A DNA stretch of 64,000 nucleotides from an uncultured Planctomycetota bacterium (GTDB lineage: Bacteria; Planctomycetota; B143-G9), in assembly GCA_964571525.1 (NCBI GenBank), contig CAZNBY010000006.1:13773-77772 (forward strand), read 5' to 3'. Below the pieces are notes generated by a model. The model ran no database searches. It saw only the letters and a list, made by a program, of their open reading frames with translations, and was not told where the DNA came from. This document shows positions 1-10,064 of this stretch, in pieces. The position numbers were made by a program, and so were the translations under genes. Position 1 is the stretch's first letter; each line of letters starts with the position of its first letter.

Positions 1-1
1 G

Positions 2-355
2 GAAGAGGTAAATGACAAGCTGAAGTCACCGGGGATGGCGCTTTCGGGAGGACAACAACAGAGGCTCTGTATCGCGCGGGCAGTAGCAGTCGAACCTGAA
101 ATTCTTCTGATGGATGAACCGACCTCAGCGATAGACCCGATTGCGACGGCGAAGATTGAGGAGCTTATTCGCGAGCTTAAAACGCAATACACGATCGTAA
201 TTGTTACGCACAATATGCAGCAGGCATCGCGAATTTCAGATTACACGGCTTTCTTCTATCAGGGAAGAATCATTGAATACGGGGTAACGAAGAGGCTGTT
301 CACGAAACCGCGTGAAAAGCAGACCGAGGACTATATCACAGGCAGATTCGGTTAG
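2..355 (+). CDS. pstB: Phosphate ABC transporter ATP-binding protein PstB, C-terminal part. The gene starts upstream of the window.
   Basis: ABC signature [14 protein letters not shown], Walker [14 protein letters not shown]-loop VTHNM. The C-terminal ...[10 protein letters not shown] is typical of PstB. The reading frame is open from base 2. Confidence 0.85.
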   Translation, partial: EEVNDKLKSPGMALSGGQQQRLCIARAVAVEPEILLMDEPTSAIDPIATAKIEELIRELKTQYTIVIVTHNMQQASRISDYTAFFYQGRIIEYGVTKRLFTKPREKQTEDYITGRFG

Positions 356-378
356 TATCACCAACGAGTTCAACAAGA

Positions 379-1329
379 TTATTTGTCGGCGTATAACAAC
401 TTGAACACAATGCGGCCGATATCGCAGCGGCTTGGCTTGGTTGCCCTGTTAGTCAGGTACCAACGAATATCGTCGTAGGTAATAGAGGACAAGATTGAAA
501 GGGATTGCTCATCAGGGATTTCGGCAAAATATAGGTCGCGAAGCTCATCAATGAAATAGGCTTTAACCCCTTCCTCAGCATGAATTGGAATCGCGATGAA
601 CACGCATACAGTTGAGGTATGCTTGCCATCGTCATCAGCATCGTCCCCAAAGTAATAGAACTTATAGTCGTGCTTGACCTTTGTGTCTCCGAACTGGTAT
701 GTTCCGTTCTCCCAGTACATTCCTGAGTTGTTGCTGGCAAAATCGAACGCTATCACCCCGAGTTTCTTCATCGTGGCTTGGACATTTAGCTGACGGTTCT
801 CTCTGGCTATAGGAACAATGACCTTATAGTAGATCAATGCACCTGTGCCGATGACGATTGCGACCAATATGGTCCATAACAACACAGCAAGATAGGGAAA
901 TTTCGGCGGTGGAGCCTCGGTTGGTTCCGAAAGGTACATAGGCAACTTTGTGTTGCAGTTCTTGCAGTATTCGTCGTCGTAATCGTTCTTCCAATTGCAG
1001 GAGGGGCAAAGCTTAGGCAAGTTCGATTTCGCCAACACCGGTTTGACAATTCGAACCGAGTTTGAGCTGGTTCGTATTGTGTTCGATCCTATACGAACAG
1101 AGTCTGAAGTTTTTGTGGGAGGCGGGGCCATGTCCGCGCCACAAAGTGTACATTTTGTGGCGGTTGCATCGTTTTCGAAGCTACAGATCGGGCACAACTT
1201 AGAGGGGGAGCCTTCATCACCGGAAACAACAGGAGGGCCTTCCGAGACAAACGGAAGACCGCACTTTTCGCAGTTTTTCGCAAAGGGACTGCTTATAAAG
1301 CCACAGGTGGAGCACTTATTGGTCGTCAT
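379..1329 (-). CDS. Membrane protein with three N-terminal zinc-ribbon (CxxC...CxxC) modules, one TM helix and a C-terminal extracytoplasmic domain of unknown function
   Basis: CSTCG..CEKCG, CPICS..CTLCG and CPSCN..CKNCN pairs separated by Pro/Ser-rich linkers. Hydrophobic segment YLAVLLWTILVAIVIGTGALIYY. No recognisable catalytic motif. Confidence 0.5.
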   Translation of the reverse strand: MTTNKCSTCGFISSPFAKNCEKCGLPFVSEGPPVVSGDEGSPSKLCPICSFENDATATKCTLCGADMAPPPTKTSDSVRIGSNTIRTSSNSVRIVKPVLAKSNLPKLCPSCNWKNDYDDEYCKNCNTKLPMYLSEPTEAPPPKFPYLAVLLWTILVAIVIGTGALIYYKVIVPIARENRQLNVQATMKKLGVIAFDFASNNSGMYWENGTYQFGDTKVKHDYKFYYFGDDADDDGKHTSTVCVFIAIPIHAEEGVKAYFIDELRDLYFAEIPDEQSLSILSSITYDDIRWYLTNRATKPSRCDIGRIVFKLLYADK

Positions 1330-1554
1330 TACCCTCCATCCAGCCTTGCGCCTGTGTCAACTGCATATTTATACACGGTGCAGACAAAAACACAAGTAAA
1401 TCAAAACCGGATTATTAACTTATAGTCAAACAGCAGCAATCACTTCGATTTGCGCACTAAGGGGATTGTCAACCAAACTAAAACGCGCTAACGGCAGATA
1501 TAATGTTGCTTTGCGCGGCCGCGAAGAAACGCGGTAGTTCATAGGAGATCTAAA

Positions 1555-2967
1555 ATGAAAAGCACGGTAAGCATGTTGGCTTTGGTCTTGGCGATTTCGC
1601 TGCTCTTTGGCCTTTCTGCGGCCTGTGGCGGCGGTTCATCAACCGAGACTCCTGAAGAATCAGCATTTGACAAAAAGCTCGTTTTCACAAGCGCATACGG
1701 CGCTTCAATAACATCATCTTGTCCTGACGGAGCAGGTGGTATGTGGGTGGTTGGCTGGTTTAAGACAGATATCATCATCAACGCAGTCGCTTACATCGCT
1801 CAACACGATGTTGATATTTTTGCCGCACGCATTGCAGCGGACGGTACGATTATCGTTGTTGCTACCGCTGGTGGTGATGATGAAGATACCCCTTTGTATG
1901 TCTGCACTGATAACTCAGGTGGATGCTGGATCGCAGGCATGTTTGAATCAGACTGCAAATTCGACACCATAACAATAAATGCGTCAGGAACAGACGATGT
2001 CTTTCTTGCGCACCTTGATAATGCAGGTCTTTGGGTTTCAGCAGTGAGGGTAGGCTCAAATGCCACGGCAGTATCGTCTGAATTCGTGTATGGAATATGC
2101 AGTGACGGTGGCACTGGTTGCTGGTTGTCGGTAAGTCACAAAGCCGCATTGACGCTCGGTACAATAACGATCCCCGCCCCAACTGTCGCTAATTCTTTCG
2201 TGGCAAAGATCAATAATGCCGGCACATGGACGACTGCAACTGAGATAACATCAACTCACACCGCAAAAGTCGCCGCAATATGCACGGATGGCGCAGGTGG
2301 TTTCTGGGCAGCAGGTTTTTATAACCAGATACTTACACTCGGTGATGACACTCTTGTCGCCAACACCGATTTGACTGACACGACTGGAGACATATTCATC
2401 GCACGGGCTGACAACGATGGCGAATGGCTCAATTCCGTAAGCCCGTTGGGTACATTTAATCTGATCGGTGTAAATGTTAACCTCGCACTTACCCCCGCAA
2501 GCACCGGTGGAGTTGTCGTTGCGGGAGGATTCACCGGAACAGCAATGTTTGGCACAAACATCATCACTGCTGTTGGTTCAACGGGTAAGGATGCGTTTAT
2601 CGTGAAGTTGAACAACTCTTTCGAGTGGTCATTTGTTCGTTCGGTGCGAAATGTCATTACTACCGCGATATCCACTACTGCATCGGGCTCATATCTAATC
2701 ACCGGTCTGTATGACTCCACGACGGTGTTCGGCGATTACACGCTTTCGTCTTCATATCCTGAATTCTTCGCGGCGTTTATCACATCCACTGGCACATGGA
2801 CAGGAGCGGTAACATCCCGAGGAAGAGACTACGGCGACCCGTATGGCATCGTGGAAACCGGTGCAAACAATTGGATTTTAGGTACCTTTAAAGGTGCAGT
2901 GAATTTCGGAGATCAGTCTCTGTCATCGAACAGCAGATACTCCGCCTTCGCCGTCAGAACGAAGTAG
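1555..2967 (+). CDS. Secreted or lipoprotein beta-propeller-repeat protein (SBBP-like repeats)
   Basis: Signal peptide ending LSAACGGGSS. Repeated blades of the form C(P/T/S)DGxGG(x)W(V/I)xG(x)F, e.g. CPDGAGGMWVVGWF, CTDNSGGCWIAGMF, CTDGAGGFWAAGFY. Confidence 0.5.
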   Translation: MKSTVSMLALVLAISLLFGLSAACGGGSSTETPEESAFDKKLVFTSAYGASITSSCPDGAGGMWVVGWFKTDIIINAVAYIAQHDVDIFAARIAADGTIIVVATAGGDDEDTPLYVCTDNSGGCWIAGMFESDCKFDTITINASGTDDVFLAHLDNAGLWVSAVRVGSNATAVSSEFVYGICSDGGTGCWLSVSHKAALTLGTITIPAPTVANSFVAKINNAGTWTTATEITSTHTAKVAAICTDGAGGFWAAGFYNQILTLGDDTLVANTDLTDTTGDIFIARADNDGEWLNSVSPLGTFNLIGVNVNLALTPASTGGVVVAGGFTGTAMFGTNIITAVGSTGKDAFIVKLNNSFEWSFVRSVRNVITTAISTTASGSYLITGLYDSTTVFGDYTLSSSYPEFFAAFITSTGTWTGAVTSRGRDYGDPYGIVETGANNWILGTFKGAVNFGDQSLSSNSRYSAFAVRTK

Positions 2968-2986
2968 ATCTCATAGTGGAAATGCC

Positions 2987-3916
2987 GTGAATGAAGCGAT
3001 AAGGACGAGTTGCATAAAGAAATGGGCTGTCGCGGCGCGATTGCCTTTTGCGGCAGCCTCTGTTTCTCCCTTTTTATTAGGGTGCTTTGCCGCTTATCGC
3101 ACTGGTTATCTTATAGATATCGTGGCCGCGGGGCTTGGAGTGCTCGCGGCCTTTTTGATTCACATCTCGTGCAACATGCTCGGTGAGGCGACCGATACAA
3201 CGGAAGATACGCTTACTCTTATGTATGGGCGCACAAAATTCTCAGGTGGAACGCTTGCTGTCGTCAGCGGAAACCTGACAAAGCGTCAGATTTACTACGC
3301 TGTAACGATTGCGTTGGCCATCGCCGCGGTTCTTGGCGTTATCATCATTATCAGATTGCAAGATTTGATTTTGCTTTTGTTAGGTTCGATAGGTATTTTT
3401 TGTGCGGTTGCTTATTCACTTCCCCCAATCCGCCTTGCCAAGCGCGGTCTGGGCGAGCTTGCGATTGCAGTTTGCTTTGGTTGGCTGCCTGTCGCTGCTG
3501 GGTTCGCATGTTCGAGCGGGGTGCTGCCAATCGAGTCCATAATCCTTTCGCTTCCCGCGGCCATAACAATCTTCAATGTCATTTTCCTTAACGAGTTCCC
3601 CGATTATGAACCAGATCGGCAATCAGGAAAGCGGAACCTTGTAGTTCGAATGGGACGAAGAGCTTCTTCGTTGTTCTTTCTTGCGACATCCATTCTTGTT
3701 GCACTATCATTGTTTGCGATTTGGTTTCAATACAAGCAAGATGATGCTTGGTTTCTGTTTGCCGTTGCACCCGGCGCGCTTCTTGCGTTGTTTCTTAGTA
3801 TTCGCGTGGGATTGATGAGCGCGTGGAAGGATAACTCGAGCCTCGAACCGCTTATGGGGCTTGGTGTGCTGCTTAATTTAGTCGCTGTCGTCTCGACAGG
3901 AGCTTTGGTCTGGTAG
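2987..3916 (+). CDS. UbiA-family integral membrane prenyltransferase (MenA-like)
   Basis: Polytopic hydrophobic protein. Second Asp-rich motif NEFPDYEPDRQSGKRNLVVRMG resembles the MenA/UbiA N..D...D...GK.TL.V..G motif. The first motif is less canonical. Confidence 0.55.
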   Translation: MNEAIRTSCIKKWAVAARLPFAAASVSPFLLGCFAAYRTGYLIDIVAAGLGVLAAFLIHISCNMLGEATDTTEDTLTLMYGRTKFSGGTLAVVSGNLTKRQIYYAVTIALAIAAVLGVIIIIRLQDLILLLLGSIGIFCAVAYSLPPIRLAKRGLGELAIAVCFGWLPVAAGFACSSGVLPIESIILSLPAAITIFNVIFLNEFPDYEPDRQSGKRNLVVRMGRRASSLFFLATSILVALSLFAIWFQYKQDDAWFLFAVAPGALLALFLSIRVGLMSAWKDNSSLEPLMGLGVLLNLVAVVSTGALVW

Positions 3917-3919
3917 AAA

Positions 3920-4561
3920 TCAGAATATTGCCGAGTCCTTAGCCTTATTGGAGTATTCTGTCTCGTCCTCAAACGACTTTTCTATCATCGCAGAAAGCTG
4001 CTTTGCCAGCAAAGAAGCTGCTTTTTCGCGCAATCGTGCAATAGGATAAAACCCAACCACTCGAATAACAACTACCGAGCTTGCGTTTCGTGCAGCCATT
4101 TCGTCGTAGTATTTTGCGCGAAACCTCACCTTAAGCTCAATTTTGTATGTGCTTACAGCCCATGAACCGACAAGAGGCGGGTCACAGGTAATCTCACCCC
4201 CAATGTACAAGGCTGGCGCAATACCCTTCTTTGCTGATTCGGCTAATTCAGGTGGAAGGTCAGATAGAACATCATCGGTCAGCTTTTCAATCAGGTGCTC
4301 GGTAGCCGCTTCCTCACCCAATAGCAGTTGCTTTGGCCGAAGAGCGTAGAAATCGAGCTTCAGTTCCTCATTCAGGTCTCCAGATATTCCCCATTCAGGC
4401 AGATATCCCTTGCCCCGTCCGATTGCGTTCAGCCTTTCGCCTTGCTCAACATTTACCTCAACAACTTGAACGACCGCGTTGCCAAGCCATCCGCAAGAGA
4501 AACTGACAATCGTAAGCACAACAAGCAGCATTATCACCGCTACAGCGAAGAAGGTTCTCAT
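3920..4561 (-). CDS. Hypothetical secreted or membrane-anchored protein
   Basis: N-terminal hydrophobic signal/anchor MRTFFAVAVIMLLVVLTIVSFSCG. Its start overlaps the stop of the upstream gene by 4 nt (ATGA), suggesting translational coupling. Confidence 0.4.
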   Translation of the reverse strand: MRTFFAVAVIMLLVVLTIVSFSCGWLGNAVVQVVEVNVEQGERLNAIGRGKGYLPEWGISGDLNEELKLDFYALRPKQLLLGEEAATEHLIEKLTDDVLSDLPPELAESAKKGIAPALYIGGEITCDPPLVGSWAVSTYKIELKVRFRAKYYDEMAARNASSVVVIRVVGFYPIARLREKAASLLAKQLSAMIEKSFEDETEYSNKAKDSAIF

Positions 4562-5778
4562 TTATTCGCCCTTTCGAGGCAGTGCCTCGGTATGTACGGA
4601 CGACACAACACATCTAATACCTCATCCTCTCGCTTGACAGAGATAATGAACTCCTCAAGAGCTCCAGCGCCCCAAAGGGTTTCATCCATTTCAAAGTGAG
4701 TCGTTATTCGCCTTCCGTTTACGGCAAGAATCTCATCGCGCGGCTTCAATCCTGGCGCGTCAGCGGTTGAATATGATGTAGGAATTGCAAGTCTGCCAAG
4801 CTTCTCAGCACAGATAAGGTCAGGCAATGGCCTTCTAATAGACGATATAAACTGCCTTACGCTACAACCTAATACCTTCTCCATCTCACTTACACATTGA
4901 TTTGAATCGTGAGTTCCACTCTGAGCCAATGCGCCTAAAAAGCGGCTTGGGAACCTGCCACCAGTAGCATCATACACAGCCCCCATAAGACCTAACGAGG
5001 CAGCGTAACCCCGCTCCCAACCAGCGCCTGAAGTCTCGCGCCAATCAAGAAGCTCGGCCCCCATCTGCGAAACATAGTGATATTTGTGCTCAAGTTGGCT
5101 TCCCTTAAACGGGTTGCAGACAAAGAACCGCTTAAGAGACTGCTCGGCAAGATATGTTGAAAGCCCCTCGCGCAGCCATCTTAGTTTTGATTCGTCACCA
5201 TAGCCTATTGCGACACCGTCGCCGAACATGAAAGCTGCTTCTATCAGTTCGTGGAATATTCCAAGCAATTGCGATGCAACGAAATCATCAAGCCTCTTCC
5301 ACTTGCCAACTTCTTTGACCGCGTGAGTGCCGGTATAGTAAATGTCACAATGAAGTGTTCCGTCAACTAAAACGCCACGCCACTTTGCGGGTGTTTGCGC
5401 ATCCTGTATAAATGCAAGCCTCATGCTCGCAAGTGGGCGTATTTGCATGTCGGTAATGTACTTATAGGCAAATACAAAGTAATCGAGCAGAATATCAGCT
5501 TGAGGCTCGAACTCTGGGGAAAAGTAGAGAACAACATTGCCGTCAGGGGAATGCTTCTGCGCTTTGAAGTTTCGTTCTGGAACCGCGCCAACCTTGTTAA
5601 CTGTTGTTCGAACCTGTTTGAGCCTTCCCTTTTCAGTTGAAAACTCAAGAGTTGCGCCGTGCATCGTTTCGGGCATTTTTGCTTTGGGCGGAATGGTGCA
5701 TGCGGGGGCAAGCAATATCCACGCCACTACGAAAAACACCAAAGCAATTCTCACCGCTGCGGCTCTGCACAGATCCAA
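4558..5778 (-). CDS. Secreted protein with C-terminal PDZ domain (putative peptidase-associated)
   Basis: Signal peptide. C-terminal GLKPRDEILAVNGRRITT...ISVKREDEVLDV matches the PDZ fold pattern. N-terminal domain unassigned. Confidence 0.45.
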   Translation of the reverse strand: MDLCRAAAVRIALVFFVVAWILLAPACTIPPKAKMPETMHGATLEFSTEKGRLKQVRTTVNKVGAVPERNFKAQKHSPDGNVVLYFSPEFEPQADILLDYFVFAYKYITDMQIRPLASMRLAFIQDAQTPAKWRGVLVDGTLHCDIYYTGTHAVKEVGKWKRLDDFVASQLLGIFHELIEAAFMFGDGVAIGYGDESKLRWLREGLSTYLAEQSLKRFFVCNPFKGSQLEHKYHYVSQMGAELLDWRETSGAGWERGYAASLGLMGAVYDATGGRFPSRFLGALAQSGTHDSNQCVSEMEKVLGCSVRQFISSIRRPLPDLICAEKLGRLAIPTSYSTADAPGLKPRDEILAVNGRRITTHFEMDETLWGAGALEEFIISVKREDEVLDVLCRPYIPRHCLERANK

Positions 5779-8036
5779 TTCATCACCTCAAGGTCAAACG
5801 GGTCTTTTACGATGACTAACTCACGGTTGTCAACAAGAAGGAAATCTGAACCGCCGAAACCGAATGCTGCGCAGACCTGAGCGTCTTCAACAAGCCTTGC
5901 GCGCACTTTCTCGCTTCGTGCCTCTTTTTTAAGGATGTTTGGCTCTATTCCAGCCTTTATCGCAGCATCGTCCCAATAAGAAGAACCGGGATTTTCACAT
6001 ATTGCCGAAAGGTACTTAAGAGCCTTGTCAGGAAACACCAAGAACGCCGCAGCCAATCTTTCGCACTCCTCTAACTCGGCAACTCCACCCGCGCAAAACT
6101 GTCGCCCGTCCAGCCCCTTAAAGACAACAAAGCGAATTGTTATTGACCGGCTGATATTCCCTTTTGTGCATAGAGCTTTAAGAAGCTCGACCGACTGGGG
6201 CGAGTGGGGAGAAACAAACAGTTCGCTTCCCTTTGTTATCGCGCGGTCGCACTTGAAATTCGCATTGACAGAGGCCGGTTGAGCAAGAAAGCGACCATCT
6301 TTAAGTTCGGTAAGAGAACCGGATATTGCCTTAAAGCGATAGGCTTTCCTAATTTCAGGCTCGAAGATAAAGGCTGGTAGCCACGCAATGTTGTACTGGT
6401 TTATAAAAGTGCGCCCAGTTTGGGAGCTTGCGTCAATATCTTTAACGACAAGGCCCGGCATGAGATTCTTCATTCCGATAACTGCAGCATTGTATGGATC
6501 AGAGATATGGTTTGTGGCGCGGATAGCTGTTGCTCTCACTTCAATATCTCTAAACGAGCGACACTTAGCGTCCTTCGTGCCCGGATTTTCGCATATCGAG
6601 ATCATACCGGTCTGTGCGCAGTCGGCATCAGAATAGCACTTAGGTAACGACTTGCATGCATCTATGTTCGCGGCTGATTGCAGTCTTCGGCATATTCCGA
6701 AAAGCACCTCATCGCGGGTGTAATTGCCTTCAAAAGGAGCGTTCGAAATCATCAAAGTGGGAGACGCCTCTATTCCTGTAAGACGGCATCTGGCAGCGTG
6801 AAGTTTAAGCTCCGCGTCAATCTCTCCACTGTCTAACGAGGCTTTTATTCGAAAAGGATCAATTGAGTTTGCAGCAAGCCACTTTGCAAAGTTAAAATTC
6901 TCTATTGCCGACTCGGTCAAGTACTTGAGAAGCGCAGCGGGTTTATAAAGCCATATTGCTAACATCCGTCGGTTGTCTTCAAGTTCATCCTCGCCATGCA
7001 GCGAACGCAACTTGTCGTCTTTATCAATAGAAACCACAAAGTACAGGTTTAATTTCACCTTGTCTGCGATTGCAGACCAAGCATCAAGCACCGCTGTGGT
7101 CGCAGGTCTTCCATACGGGCATCGTGACATAGTATAGAAGTCGAGCGTGACCTTTTGCAGACCGCTTGAAGCGTATCCGTGACCAGAAAGAAACTTAACT
7201 GCATCTTGATCGTCATCAAGCGTTGCGTCAACAGAAATAGTGCTATATCCTTGGTTGGGAATCCACAGTCCCAACTCCCTGCCCTGCGGTTCGACAGAAG
7301 CAAATTGAACACCACGAATACGATAGTGTTTTCGCCCTGGGCGCTCCCTATTTGATAGAAAGACAAGGTCAACGCCCTCAAGCTCAAGCACAAGCTTGAC
7401 TGTATCCCGCTCTGACATAGAAGAGAGCATTACTACTCGTTCTGCGCCAGAAGCCTTTGCCTCAGCAATCTGGTTTTTCGCAAATTCGGCAGGATTCACG
7501 ATGCTTGTCATGCCCATTGATTTATACAAAGGGGTCATCAGGTTCTCGTTCGCAACACTGAAATAATACACTCCGCGAACTTTCGCTCCTGCAAGACCGC
7601 CAAGAGGTGTGTTGCCGGTGATGAATTTTGCCGCAGGGCTTTGTGCAGTCTTCTTAAGGACATCAGCGCCCAATGCAAGGTCGTCTTGAGCAATAGAAAT
7701 CACATCTGTTTTAGCGAAATCAAGCGTCTTGGCGATTACAGAAGCGCGCGAGACCTGTTCGTCACGCCCTCCGCTCATCTCGTCGAGAATACCGCCCGGC
7801 ATCCAACCGCCGGCGTTAATCACGGAGAGGTCATAGCGCTTTCGCAGGGAGTTGATTAAAGTGGCTTTTTTTGCGAACCCACCTTGCGGGTTCAACGGGC
7901 AGACGCAGGAAAACAAAGCGCCCTGCTCTTGTGCGCTAAACACTAATGCAACAGGGCGCGATTTAGTATCTTCTGCAAGTGAAATCGAAGCAACCGCGAG
8001 AACCATTAGCAACGCGGCCGCAGTGTATCGCCTCAT
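5751..8036 (-). CDS. Large secreted protein with two DsbA/thioredoxin-like domains whose CxxC is degenerate (CPYG)
   Basis: Signal peptide MRRYTAAALLMVLAVASISLA. DFYTMSRCPYGRPA ... GIEASPTLMISNAPFEG, and a second FGFGGSDFLLV-type thioredoxin-fold segment. N-terminal 250 aa unassigned. Confidence 0.4.
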   Translation of the reverse strand: MRRYTAAALLMVLAVASISLAEDTKSRPVALVFSAQEQGALFSCVCPLNPQGGFAKKATLINSLRKRYDLSVINAGGWMPGGILDEMSGGRDEQVSRASVIAKTLDFAKTDVISIAQDDLALGADVLKKTAQSPAAKFITGNTPLGGLAGAKVRGVYYFSVANENLMTPLYKSMGMTSIVNPAEFAKNQIAEAKASGAERVVMLSSMSERDTVKLVLELEGVDLVFLSNRERPGRKHYRIRGVQFASVEPQGRELGLWIPNQGYSTISVDATLDDDQDAVKFLSGHGYASSGLQKVTLDFYTMSRCPYGRPATTAVLDAWSAIADKVKLNLYFVVSIDKDDKLRSLHGEDELEDNRRMLAIWLYKPAALLKYLTESAIENFNFAKWLAANSIDPFRIKASLDSGEIDAELKLHAARCRLTGIEASPTLMISNAPFEGNYTRDEVLFGICRRLQSAANIDACKSLPKCYSDADCAQTGMISICENPGTKDAKCRSFRDIEVRATAIRATNHISDPYNAAVIGMKNLMPGLVVKDIDASSQTGRTFINQYNIAWLPAFIFEPEIRKAYRFKAISGSLTELKDGRFLAQPASVNANFKCDRAITKGSELFVSPHSPQSVELLKALCTKGNISRSITIRFVVFKGLDGRQFCAGGVAELEECERLAAAFLVFPDKALKYLSAICENPGSSYWDDAAIKAGIEPNILKKEARSEKVRARLVEDAQVCAAFGFGGSDFLLVDNRELVIVKDPFDLEVMNWICAEPQR

Positions 8037-8050
8037 TATTGGTTTGTCCG

Positions 8051-8659
8051 TTATTGTTCTGACTTTATGAGTTTGAGGAACTTTTCAGCATCTTCCTTTG
8101 TGCCTGCTACCACGCCGAAGTGCATGGGAAAAACGCCCTTCTTGGGGCGTATTAGCCGGTAAGCTTCGGCGGCCTCATTGGGATTCATCACATACACCCC
8201 GCTTACGGGAAGGCAAGCGTAATCAGGCTCTAACCCCTTCATCTCGGGAATCAGGTCTGAGTCGCCGGTATGATAAATCGTCTCACCGTCAATTTCGAGA
8301 AGATAGCCGACCCAGTTGTTTGCCTTAGGATGAAACTTCTTGTCAATGTTGTATGCCGGAATAGTCCGTATCTTTAGGTCTTCATACACATAGCTCTTGT
8401 TTGGCTCTACGACCTTATGAATAATCGCGGTGTGAATCTGACGAAGGGTATCTTCACAATCCTTTGTGGCAAACACAACTGTGCCGGGGGTGCATATAAT
8501 CGCAAGGTCAGTAGGTGAGCAATGGTCGAAATGATTGTGCGTGATAAGCACTACATCCGCCGGTGGTTGAGAGGCGGAAAGCTTAAAGGGGTCAATATAG
8601 ATCGTCTTGTTGCCTGTTATTCTAAAGGTTGCGTGTCCAAGATGTTCGATTTTGGCCAT
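8051..8659 (-). CDS. MBL-fold metal-dependent hydrolase (UPF0173-like)
   Basis: MAKIEHLGHATFRI...VLITHNHFDHC metallo-beta-lactamase motif. Confidence 0.75.
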   Translation of the reverse strand: MAKIEHLGHATFRITGNKTIYIDPFKLSASQPPADVVLITHNHFDHCSPTDLAIICTPGTVVFATKDCEDTLRQIHTAIIHKVVEPNKSYVYEDLKIRTIPAYNIDKKFHPKANNWVGYLLEIDGETIYHTGDSDLIPEMKGLEPDYACLPVSGVYVMNPNEAAEAYRLIRPKKGVFPMHFGVVAGTKEDAEKFLKLIKSEQ

Positions 8660-8668
8660 TGTAACCTC

Positions 8669-10018
8669 CTAAGCTTTCAGAGCATCGCCAGCGCTTCTGC
8701 GGCGTTCCCTGAAGATGATTCGGAACGGAATTTCTGTCGCCTTAAGTCGCTTTCTCATGTAGTTTACCAGAAAACGGCGATAGGTGTCAGGAATTTGCTT
8801 TGCCCGATTTACGAAGAACAGAAAAGTCGGAGGCGCGGTGCTCACTTGGGTAGCATAGAAGACCTTTGTGCGCTTGGTTGAGGAAGATAGAGGCACTTGT
8901 ATGTCCTTTGCCTCCTCGACTATCTTGTTAATCTCGGGCGTTGGCCAAGTACTGTGATATTGATTATACAAGTCTTCGGCGATTTTCAGAACGCTGCCAA
9001 CTCTTTGCCCATCTTTAACTGAGATGTAGGCAATTGGCGCATGGTCAAGCCCCGGAAGCGTCTTGTTTATATACTCTGTGTACTTGTCGGGGTCAAGATC
9101 GCCCGCAAGGTCCCATTTATTGACTGTGATTATTACTGGCTTAAATTCCTCTTCAACAGTTGATGCAAGGCGTTTTTCGATCGCCGAAATCCCCTGTTTC
9201 GCGTCTATCATCAGCACTACCACATCTGCACGGTGAATTGCTGACTCGGTGCGGCAAGTGCTATAGAACTCGACAGGATGGTTAATAGAGGATTTTTTGC
9301 GCACACCAGCCGTGTCAATTGCGACAAGCTTGTACTTCGGCGTTTCGATATACACATCAACTGCGTCGCGAGTAGTGCCCGGAACATCAGAGACTATAAC
9401 CCGTTCCTCGCCTGCAATTGCGTTCAAAAAGCTCGATTTGCCGACATTGCGTCGCCCCACAAGGGCAAGTTTTAGGCCGGTTTCAGGTTCGTATTCGCTT
9501 CCGGGGGGCAATATTTCGCATATCGCCTCAAGCAAGCGATCAAGCCCTCGCTTTTCAATAGCAGATATTGTAAAGACATCATTGAAGCCGAGCCTGTGAA
9601 ACAGATGTGCGTCGAACTCAAACTTGGGGACATCGCATTTGTTAACCACCACGAACACGCGCTTGCCGGTCTTTCTGAGGCTCTCGGCAACATTCAGGTC
9701 AAGGGGGGTTATCCCGTCACGGGCATCAACGGTAAAGAGAATTAGGTCGGCAATGCTTATACCGCTTTGTATTTGAAGCTCGACGAGATCTTCAAGGTCT
9801 TGCATGTCAACAATGCCGATGCCGCCTGTGTCCATTATGTCGAACGCATACTCTTTATGCGTGATAGTGCGAATTAGCCTGTCGCGTGTTACGCCAGGGG
9901 TTGGATCAACGATAGCAACCATTTTCCCAACAAGCGCATTGAACAGAGTTGATTTGCCGACATTTGGACGACCGACGATAGCAGCGAGAAATGGGGATTT
10001 CCAAAAGGGTTTAGTCAT
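8669..10018 (-). CDS. der: Ribosome-biogenesis GTPase Der (EngA), tandem G domains plus KH-like C-terminus
   Basis: Two P-loops GRPNVGKSTLFN and GRRNVGKSSFLN. DTGG/DTAG and NKCD/NKWD motifs. Confidence 0.9.
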   Translation of the reverse strand: MTKPFWKSPFLAAIVGRPNVGKSTLFNALVGKMVAIVDPTPGVTRDRLIRTITHKEYAFDIMDTGGIGIVDMQDLEDLVELQIQSGISIADLILFTVDARDGITPLDLNVAESLRKTGKRVFVVVNKCDVPKFEFDAHLFHRLGFNDVFTISAIEKRGLDRLLEAICEILPPGSEYEPETGLKLALVGRRNVGKSSFLNAIAGEERVIVSDVPGTTRDAVDVYIETPKYKLVAIDTAGVRKKSSINHPVEFYSTCRTESAIHRADVVVLMIDAKQGISAIEKRLASTVEEEFKPVIITVNKWDLAGDLDPDKYTEYINKTLPGLDHAPIAYISVKDGQRVGSVLKIAEDLYNQYHSTWPTPEINKIVEEAKDIQVPLSSSTKRTKVFYATQVSTAPPTFLFFVNRAKQIPDTYRRFLVNYMRKRLKATEIPFRIIFRERRRSAGDALKA

Positions 10019-10064
10019 ACTTGTATTGTAGCGTATAAGCCAGATTGGTCAACAGCACAAATGG

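Noticed and set aside
995-1399. 134-aa plus-strand ORF overlapping the zinc-ribbon gene
   Set aside because: It lies antisense to a well-supported gene. Its low-complexity composition is a mirror of the Cys/Pro-rich coding strand. It has no RBS context.
1483-1500. ttgcGCGGCCGCgaa near-palindrome in the divergent promoter at 1330-1554
   Set aside because: A short NotI-like core with poor flanks. Likely chance.
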